This document shows positions 10,460 to 17,711 of a stretch of 17,711 nucleotides of DNA, one piece after another (the first letter of the stretch is position 1; every line of letters begins with the position of its first letter). Below the pieces are notes generated by a model. That model ran no database searches. It saw nothing but the letters and a program-made list of their open reading frames with translations, and was not told the DNA's origin. This stretch comes from Octopus sinensis (lineage: Eukaryota), in contig NW_021824770.1 in the NCBI RefSeq assembly GCF_006345805.1, forward strand, positions 1 through 17,711. Reading direction: 5' to 3'. The position numbers were made by a program, and so were the translations under genes.

Positions 10460-10735
10460 TGAGGCTTCACTGCTCCGAGAAGGGCAAAATGTCAAAGTCT
10501 CGGCCGCTCTCTGACTGATTTGCAGTCGAGCCTGTGGCAGTGGAAGCTTCCTGCATTCTTGGCCCCTGGACTACATCCCTGCACACTGCTATCGGTACAG
10601 ATATGGGTATCTGTGAGTGCGAGCCCCGTGAGTCGAAGTGGCAGTCACTGAGAGTCACTCTCGCCATCCTCCGAGGCAACGTCTTTTCCATTTTGTTTGC
10701 CTGGACCGTTAAGCCGATTGAAAACTCCTTTTAGT
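10460..10735 (+). mobile_element. Degraded C-terminal fragment of an RLE-type (CRE/R2 superfamily) non-LTR retrotransposon ORF
   Basis: Frame KSRPLSD*FAVEPVAVEASCILGPWTTSLHTAIG..EPRESKWQSLRVTLAILRGNVFSIL resembles the recalled CRE-type motif KY..L....F.PVAVETLG..G........G.PRE..WL.QR.S.A..RGNA.SI. It carries one stop and a frameshift. Confidence 0.6.
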
Positions 10736-10764
10736 AATAGCTGTTGAACCGCATAAAAAGGTTG

Positions 10765-10856
10765 ATCTATCTATCTATGTATCTATCTATCTATGTATCT
10801 ATCTATCTATGTATCTATCTATGTACCTATCTATGTATCTATATATCTATCTATCT
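10765..10856. repeat. (TCTA/TGTA)n microsatellite
   Basis: Read directly from the sequence. Confidence 0.95.
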
Positions 10857-11134
10857 TTTTTTTTCCTCTTCGCCTTTTTTTCTTCTTTTTTCATTTCTCT
10901 TTTCTTTTGTTCCTTTTCCTTTTCTTTTTTTTCTTTTTCTTTTTTTATTTTTTATTTTACTTATTTTTTTTTGTTCTTTTCTTCACTTTTACGATCCCTC
11001 TTGATCGAAAACCTACGCCACCCACCCCCTTTTTTGTTTCTTTTGTTTTTTGTTTTTTTCATCCCCCAAAAGAAAAGCTCTACCTTGTAACTTGTCCCAT
11101 CTGTGTGCAGCCCTGTGTGGCCAATAAAGAAACT
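10857..11134 (+). mobile_element. Tx1-like LINE, 3'UTR-only copy 1, followed by (TATC)n tail
   Basis: The 66-bp terminal core (11068-11133) matches the reverse complement of 12789-12854 at 62/66 positions. AATAAA at 11123-11128. Confidence 0.85.
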
Positions 11135-11163
11135 TATCTATCTATCTATCTATCTATCTATCT

Positions 11164-11340
11164 CTATTGATCGATTTTTCTTTTCCTTTCTTTCCTCTTT
11201 CTCTTTCCTTTTTCTTTCCTTTTTACGATCCCTTTTGATCGAAAACCTACCCCCACCTTTCTTTTTCTCCCCAAAAAGAAAAGCTCTACCTTGTAACTTG
11301 TCCCGTCTGTGTGCAGCCCTGTGTGGCCAATAAAGAAACT
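11164..11340 (+). mobile_element. Tx1-like LINE, 3'UTR-only copy 2
   Basis: Tandem with copy 1; terminal core at 11274-11339 and AATAAA at 11329-11334. It ends 53 nt upstream of the exon at 11394. Confidence 0.85.
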
Positions 11341-11393
11341 TATTTGTCTATCTCATCGACCGTCTCTATTCCTATCTCTGTCTCTCTTTGCAG

Positions 11394-11458
11394 GCCACAG
11401 ATGCGGACGTAGGAGACAATGGACGTGTAAGTTACTATCTGAAAGGAGCCATGAAAAG
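11394..11458 (+). CDS. CDHR1: Internal exon (65 nt, phase 0/2) of the same cadherin: ATDADVGDNGRVSYYLKGAMK(R/S)
   Basis: TCTCTCTTTGCAG acceptor ending 11393 and AAG|GTAATT donor at 11459. Contains the AxDxD motif and continues the preceding exon in frame. I found no next exon within the window. Confidence 0.88.
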
Positions 11459-11899
11459 GTAATTTTATTCGTCTGTTCATTTTTATTGAGACAAGTTAGC
11501 CGAGATAATGACAGAGAGGGAGAAGAGAGAAACAAAAGAGAGGGAGAGAGCTCTAAAAGGGGAAATAACTTCTGGTGATACATTCACTTAAGTAAATATC
11601 TTTGTTTTCTCTTTGTTTTTTTTTTTCCCCTCTCTTACCAGGACATAATTTCTACTAATAGAATATATTAGATCGAGCATGCAAAGAGCTCTCTCCAAAG
11701 GGCGAAAACTTCTGATGATATATTGGGCTAAGCAAGTAGAAAGTGCTAGCGCTCACTGTCTCTACCTTTCTTTCTCTCCATTTCACTCTCTCTTTCTCTT
11801 TCCCTCTTTCTTTCTCTCTCTCTATGTCCCTCTCTCTCCCTCTCCCTCTCTGTTTATCTCTCTTCCTCTAAAAGGACATAGTTCCTGGAAAAAAGCTGT

Positions 11900-11967
11900 A
11901 TACATATATATATGTGTTTGTGTGTGTGTTTGTGACTGTTTGTGCGTATATCTGTATATGTATGTCC

Positions 11968-12012
<45 letters not shown>

Positions 12013-12095
12013 AATGTATGTATGTATGTATGTATGTATGTATGTATGTATGTATGTATGTATGTATATATATATATTGTGTGTATGTATGTGTG
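11900..12095. repeat. (TG)n/(TATG)n/(TA)n compound microsatellite
   Basis: Read directly from the sequence. Confidence 0.9.
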
Positions 12096-12689
12096 TATTT
12101 CCATTCATACTATTTCCCTCCCTCTCTCTCCCTTCCCCTTCCTCCCTCTCTATCTCTCTGCCTCAACTTCGTTATACCTTTTCTTCTTCTTCTTCTTCTT
12201 CTGGAGGCAGTTTTTCATGCGTTTTTTATTGGGGGTTTTTTTTTCTGGTTTGATTTTGTTTCTATTGTTGTGCTGCTGTTGTTGTTGTTTGTTTCGTCTA
12301 TTTCTCTTCTTTTTATCGGAATCTCAGTTCACAGCTTTTATCTTGCAGATTTAAAACAACAGAAATGCATTAAAGGTCACGTGACCATTCTTCTTCTTTT
12401 GGGTTTTTATTTTGTTTTTTTTTGGAATGGTTTTCTTTGTTTGTTTTTTTGAAACCGTGTTGTCTACTCTGACAGCTTGATTAATACTGGAGGTAGTTTA
12501 AAGGGTCGGGGTAGGTTAGGTGGAATTCGTCAAGATCAATTTTATGTTTTGCACACGTAAACAAAATACACACATACATACAACTGTGTGTGTGTGAATA
12601 CGTATATAATATATACACCTATGTGTACACAGACACACACACATACATACGCACTGACACACTCACATACATGTACACCCATACGCATA

Positions 12690-12714
12690 CAGACAGACAG
12701 ATAGATAGACAGAC

Positions 12715-12786
<72 letters not shown>
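12690..12786. repeat. (GACA)n(GATA)n microsatellite / Tx1 tail
   Basis: Read directly from the sequence. Confidence 0.95.
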
Positions 12787-12787
<1 letters not shown>

Positions 12788-13863
12788 TGTTTCTTTATTA
12801 GCCACACAGGGCTGCACACAGATAGAACAAATTACAAGGTAGAGCTTTTCTTTTGAAGGTTAAAAAAAAAGGGGGGGTTCGATCAAAAGAGATCGTAAAA
12901 GGAGAGAAAGAGGACAAAAAAAGGGGGGGTAAAAAAAGGGGGAGAGGAAAAAAAATTGATCAATAGGGATCCTTATCACAGAAATGTCAATATGAAGTGT
13001 AAAGGGAAGGACAGGTGAGGTTTACCCGTGGAAAGAAAAGCCTACGGAAAAGACCACGGTAACCTCGGTCAATGAAGTCACATGTTATATTTCTTTTTTT
13101 TTTTTTTGCAAATAAGCAACTCTCTGTATTAATTTTATGGTTCATAGAATCATAGTCAAGGTGGCTTCGTCATTCATACGTGCCATCCTTGCTACATTCA
13201 CCCATCTTTTTAAAAACATTCACTAGACAAAACTTGCCTCTCTACTCTCACTTTCCTCCTCAAGTGATACTTGAAGAAGTTGATGAGAGATTGACCAGAG
13301 AGGAAAGTGTTGTCTCTAATCCTTTCAGGCGCGTCCACCAGATACATTCTTTCGCCATAGCCACAAGTATGATAAAAATAGCTCTTCCTTCCCGTTTGAA
13401 GGAAGGAGGCGTGACGATATTAACGATAGACTCGGCTGATAAACCGACACGTCCCACACGTGACAGCAGTCGTTCGACATAAGCCCACAGGTGGGAAATT
13501 GCTGGACACTGCACGATTGCGTGCAGAGCGGTTTCGTCGCTCTGCCCGCATCTCGGCAGGTCGGCCCCGTGTTTCTCGAGCCATGCCTATAGAGCTTATC
13601 CCGAACGGGTAGCGCTTCTCGGTAGCACCGCCAGGCCAGGGATCTCTGGAAGTTGTCCATAGGTCCCGGGCCGAAAGTCGTTTGAAACAGGCGGGTCAGG
13701 TATTCCTCGTCGACGCCCAGGTTTGCCCCGAGATCGTCGTCGTACCTCCCCTCCACTAATCCCTATAGAATGCTTTGGTTGTGTTGAAGTCACTCAAGGT
13801 CGACCCGGGACGGCAGAGTGCTTGAGAGCAACGCGACACTCGCGGTGCCATTCGCCCTTCCTC
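12787..13863 (-). mobile_element. 5'-truncated Tx1-like (L1 clade) LINE: ORF2 C-terminal zinc-finger region (stop 13142-13144) plus 3'UTR
   Basis: Frameshift-corrected translation DNFQRSLAWRCYREALPVRDKLYRHG..TGPTC(P)RCGQSDETALHAIVQCPAISHLWAYVERLL..LVAMAKECIWWTR is the CxxC..H...C zf-RVT-type motif of Tx1/L1 ORF2. Confidence 0.88.
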
Positions 13864-13933
<70 letters not shown>

Positions 13934-13947
13934 AGAGATAGATAGAT
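13864..13947. repeat. (GATA)n between the two minus-strand Tx1 copies
   Basis: Read directly from the sequence. Confidence 0.95.
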
Positions 13948-14611
13948 ATGTTTCTTAATAGCCACACAGGGCTGCACACAGATAGAACAAATTACAAGGT
14001 AGAGCTTTTCTTTTGAAGGTTTAAAAAAAAAAAAAAGGAAGGGGGAGTTTCGATCAAAAGGGATCGTAAATGGAGAGAAAGAGGACAAAAAAAAGGGGGG
14101 TTAAAAAAAAAAGGGGGAGAGGAAAAAAAAAAAAAAAATTGATCAATAGGGATCGTTATCACAGAAATGTCAATATGAAGTGTAAAGGGGAGGACAGGTG
14201 AGGTTTACCCGTGGAAAGAAAAGCCTACGGAAAAGACCACGGTAACCTCGGTCAATGAAGTCACATTTTGTATTCTTTTTTTTTTTTTTTTGCAAATAAG
14301 CAACTCTCTGTTTCGATTTCTGGGTTCATAGGACTATGCTCAAGGTGGCTTCGTCATTCATACGTGCCATTCTTGCTACATTCACCCATCTTTTTTTAAA
14401 ACATTCGCTAGACAAAACTTGCCTCTCTACTCTCACTTTCCTTTTCAAGTGGTACTTGAAGAAGTTGATGAGAGATTGACCAGAGAGGAAAGTGTTTGTC
14501 TCCAATCCTTTCAGACGCGTCCACCAGATACATTCTTTCGCCATAGCCACAAGGATGATGAAAATAGCTCTTCCTTCCCGTGTGAAGGAAGGAGGCGTGA
14601 CAATATTGACG

Positions 14612-14612
<1 letters not shown>
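13948..14612 (-). mobile_element. Second 5'-truncated Tx1-like copy (ORF2 stop 14326-14328 plus 3'UTR)
   Basis: Colinear near-copy of about 12787-13432, ending ..INFFKYHLKRKVRVERQVLSSECFKKRWVNVARMARMNDEATLSIVL*. Confidence 0.88.
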
Positions 14613-14696
<84 letters not shown>

Positions 14697-14697
14697 T
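14613..14697. repeat. (GATA)n at the 5' junction of the Tx1 copy
   Basis: Read directly from the sequence. Confidence 0.95.
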
Positions 14698-14701
14698 AAA
14701 T

Positions 14702-15215
14702 GTGGCGAGCTGGCAGAGTCATTAACGCGTCAAGCATTATGCTTGGCACCATTTCTTCCGACTTTTTATGTTCTGAGTTCAAATACCGCCGAAATCAACT
14801 TTGCCTTTCATCCGTTTTGAGTCGATAGAAAAAGAACCAGTTGGACAATGGCATCGATATATAATCGACAAGACCGCTCCTGCAATATTCCAGACTTCAT
14901 TTCTTTCGTAGAAATATATATTTCTTTACTACCCACAAGGGGCTACACACAGAGGGGACAAACAAACGGATTAAGTCGATTACATCGACCCCAGTGCGTA
15001 ACTGGTACTTTATTTATCGACCCCCGAAAGGATGAAAGGCAAAATGAACCTCGGCGGAATTTGAACTCAGAACGTAACGGCGGACGAAATACGGCGACGC
15101 ATTTCGCCCGGCGTGCTAACGTTTCTGCCAGCTCGCCGCCTTTCGTAGAAATATAGAAACTACGTGGTACCCCAGCATGGCCACAACCTACTGACTGAAA
15201 CAAGTATAAGATAAA
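14702..15215 (+). mobile_element. Old family-B SINE (14702-14918 plus 15156-15215), interrupted by a younger antisense SINE
   Basis: Head gtggcgagctggcagagtc..gttctgagttcaaataccgcc; the 3' tail ccagcatggcc..tgactgaaacaagta resumes after the second TSD. Confidence 0.75.
14919..15140 (-). mobile_element. Young full-length family-B tRNA-derived SINE with 15-bp TSD
   Basis: The reverse complement starts ggcggcgagctggcagaaacgttagc and has the B-box gagttcaaattcc. The TSD tttcgtagaaatata is at 14904-14918 and 15141-15155. Confidence 0.9.
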
Positions 15216-15409
15216 CGATACATAATAATTAGAAATAATTAGAAATTAATGTAATGAAAGGGATTGCTCTCTTCACCCTTCTTATTTATGATTACAAAAT
15301 CTCTGCGGGAAGCTGTAGATTGTGTTTCATAAGGCAAACGACATCACATGGTCAGTTTGATAGTCTGGTCCATTGGATGAGCGGAATAAGCTGAACGCCC
15401 GAATGAAAT

Positions 15410-15820
15410 AGTGGCTGTGTGGTAAGTAGCTTGCTAACCAACCACATGGTTCCGGGTTCAGTCCCACTGCGTGGCATCTTGGGCAAGTGTCTTCTGCTAT
15501 AGCCCCGGGCCGACCAATGCTTGTGAGTGGATTTGGTAGACGGATACTGAAAGAAGCCTGTCGTATATATGTATATATATATATATATGTGTGTGTGTGT
15601 ATATGTTTGTGTGTCTGTGTTTGTCCCCCTAGCATTGCTTGACAACCGATGCTGGTGTGTTTACGTCCCCGTAACTTAGCGGTTGGGCAAAACAGACCGA
15701 TAGAATAAGTACTGGGCTTACAAAGAATAAGTCCTGGGGTCGAGTTGCTCGACTAAAGGCGGTGCTCCAGCATGGCCGCAGTCAAATGACTGAAACAAGA
15801 GTAAAAGAGTAAAAGAGTAA
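15410..15820 (+). mobile_element. Full-length family-A SINE with (GAGTAAAA)n tail
   Basis: Inverted near-copy of 3617-4036, with A-box-like and B-box-like motifs in the head. Confidence 0.9.
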
Positions 15821-15918
15821 TATATATATATATATATATATATCAATATCTATATACTAATATATATATACTAATATATAGATATATATATGTATATAGA
15901 TATAGATAGATAGATAAT

Positions 15919-15960
<42 letters not shown>

Positions 15961-15981
15961 TATATATAGATAGATAGATAG

Positions 15982-16067
<86 letters not shown>

Positions 16068-16446
16068 CATACATATACACACACACACACACACACATAA
16101 AGTAACAGTGACAGATATATAGAAACACAAATACGTATACAGAGACAATTATTGTTCGATAATTGATCGGGAAAGAGAAAGTCGTTGTAAGAGAGGAAGA
16201 AATGGGTAGTTAGTTCGAGAGAGAGAAAGAGAGACAGACAGACATACAGGCAGACAGACAGACAGGCAGGCAGACAGAGGGGGAGACAGACAGACAACGA
16301 TGTACAATGTAAACACCAACTATATTGTTTTTGCGTTCGTGTTTGGTGCTTTCTGTTTCTATATACAGAAATATGCAGGCAGCCATACATATTATAGAGG
16401 TGTGTGCCTATGCATGTATGTGTGTGCATATATGTATGTATGTATG

Positions 16447-16512
<66 letters not shown>

Positions 16513-16811
16513 GAATTTACAAAAAAAAAAAACGCAAAAGACGAAGATGTAAAGTTGTGTGTGTATGTATGATGTATATGCATATATATATATATATTAT
16601 ATATATATATATTATATATATATATATATATATACTGACGTGTATATCAGTATGAGAGACAGAAGAGACGACGGGGGAAGATCACAGAGAGCGATATACA
16701 TATACATACACATACAGACACACAAATATATAAAATATACATACATATACATATATATACATATATATACATATATACAATATTATACATATATACATAT
16801 ACATATATACA

Positions 16812-16851
<40 letters not shown>

Positions 16852-16930
16852 TATATATATAATATTATATATATATATATATATTATATAGATATATAGA
16901 CATACATTATATATATATATTATATATATA
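15820..16930. repeat. Low-complexity block: (TA)n, (GATA)n, (CA)n, (GACA)n
   Basis: Read directly; some short unique spacers are included. Confidence 0.85.
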
Positions 16931-17290
16931 TTTCCGAAGCCCGATTCTATATATGTACACAGGAGATATATAATTATATATAGGATTGTCTATAAAAAAC
17001 CCAACACGCAGTTCAGGTTATTATTTACAACATTCACGTGACGAGGAGAAACTACTTTTGGCGGTTTAAATTGTTGTTGTCGTCGCCGATGCTTAATTTG
17101 TAATCGATAGTCTGCAGGGATAATGAGATAGTTCTTTGCATGCTTTCCCTCTTCTATTCACCTGACTCAGCTCAGCAGCAAGGGTGGGACAATGGTTGTG
17201 GTTTACGCGGTGCATGTTCAGTTTGAAGTGTTTATTAGTTGAAGAGAGAATATATCTTTAAAGGGAATGTATATTATCCCATTGATATAT

Positions 17291-17711
17291 ATTTCTTTAC
17301 TACCCACAAGGGGCTAAACACAGAGGGAACAAACAAGGACAGACAGAGGGATTAAGTCAATTACAACGACCCCAGTGCGTAACTGGTACTTAATTTATCT
17401 ACCCCGAAAGGATGAAAGGCAAAGTCGACCTCGGCAGAATTTGAACTCAGAACGTAACGACATACGAAATACCTATTTCTTTACAACCCACAAGGGGCTA
17501 AACACAGAGGGAACAAACAAGGACAGACAGAGGGATTAAGTCAATTACAACGACCCCAGTGCGTAACTGGTACTTAATTTATCTACCCCGAAAGGATGAA
17601 AGGCAAAGTCGACCTAGGCAGAATTTGAACTCAGAACGTAACGACATACGAAATACCTATTTCTTTACAACCCACAAGGGGCTAAACACAGAGGGAACAA
17701 ACAAGGACAGA
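17291..17711 (-). repeat. Tandem array, 184-bp period, of head-truncated family-B SINE (units start at 17291, 17475, 17659; continues off the window)
   Basis: The units are nearly identical and match the B-box-to-tail part of 14919-15140. Confidence 0.93.

Noticed and set aside
11427-11432. Perfect GTAAGT inside exon 3 as an alternative donor
   Set aside because: The -1 base is T, and using it would cut the conserved Y.L.G strand and change the phase. The 11459 donor fits the cadherin fold and the recalled CDHR1 phase. Only RNA-seq could revive it.
12340-12380. ttttatcttgcag acceptor as the next cadherin exon
   Set aside because: The required phase-2 frame reads RFKTTEMH* and is not cadherin-like.
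583-16891. Many ORFs in the track with poly-Y/I, LSIY, HT, poly-L or poly-T content
   Set aside because: They are translations of (TA)n, (TCTA)n, (CA)n, (ATT)n and (CTA)n microsatellites, with no domain content or splice support.
17291-17711. CRISPR-like array or tRNA genes
   Set aside because: The repeats have no unique spacers and are SINE-derived. The tRNA-like heads in the window do not form complete cloverleaves.

Overview
Eukaryotic, AT-rich and microsatellite-dense intronic DNA. The repeat families look like coleoid cephalopod (octopus) repeats; this is recognition from memory, not a database result. The only host coding sequence is three spliced + strand exons (5954-6115, 9041-9205, 11394-11458) of a cadherin. 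The peptide and, as I recall them, the intron phases match EC4-EC5 of vertebrate CDHR1 (photoreceptor cadherin; related to insect Cad86C/Cad87A). The introns hold: four 5'-truncated Tx1-like (L1 clade) copies, each sitting in (TCTA)n tracts and arranged as two convergent tandem pairs around the third exon; a Penelope-like GIY-YIG fragment with a twin-priming-type inversion; a candidate hammerhead ribozyme with an adjacent antisense strand; a degraded RLE/CRE-like LINE fragment; three tRNA-derived SINE families, including inverted and nested copies; and a 184-bp SINE-derived tandem array running off the right edge. Most ORFs in the supplied track are microsatellite artefacts. I see no prokaryotic systems and no single clearly new system. 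The best leads are the microsatellite-targeted Tx1 family, the ribozyme and the inverted-repeat architecture around the cadherin exons.
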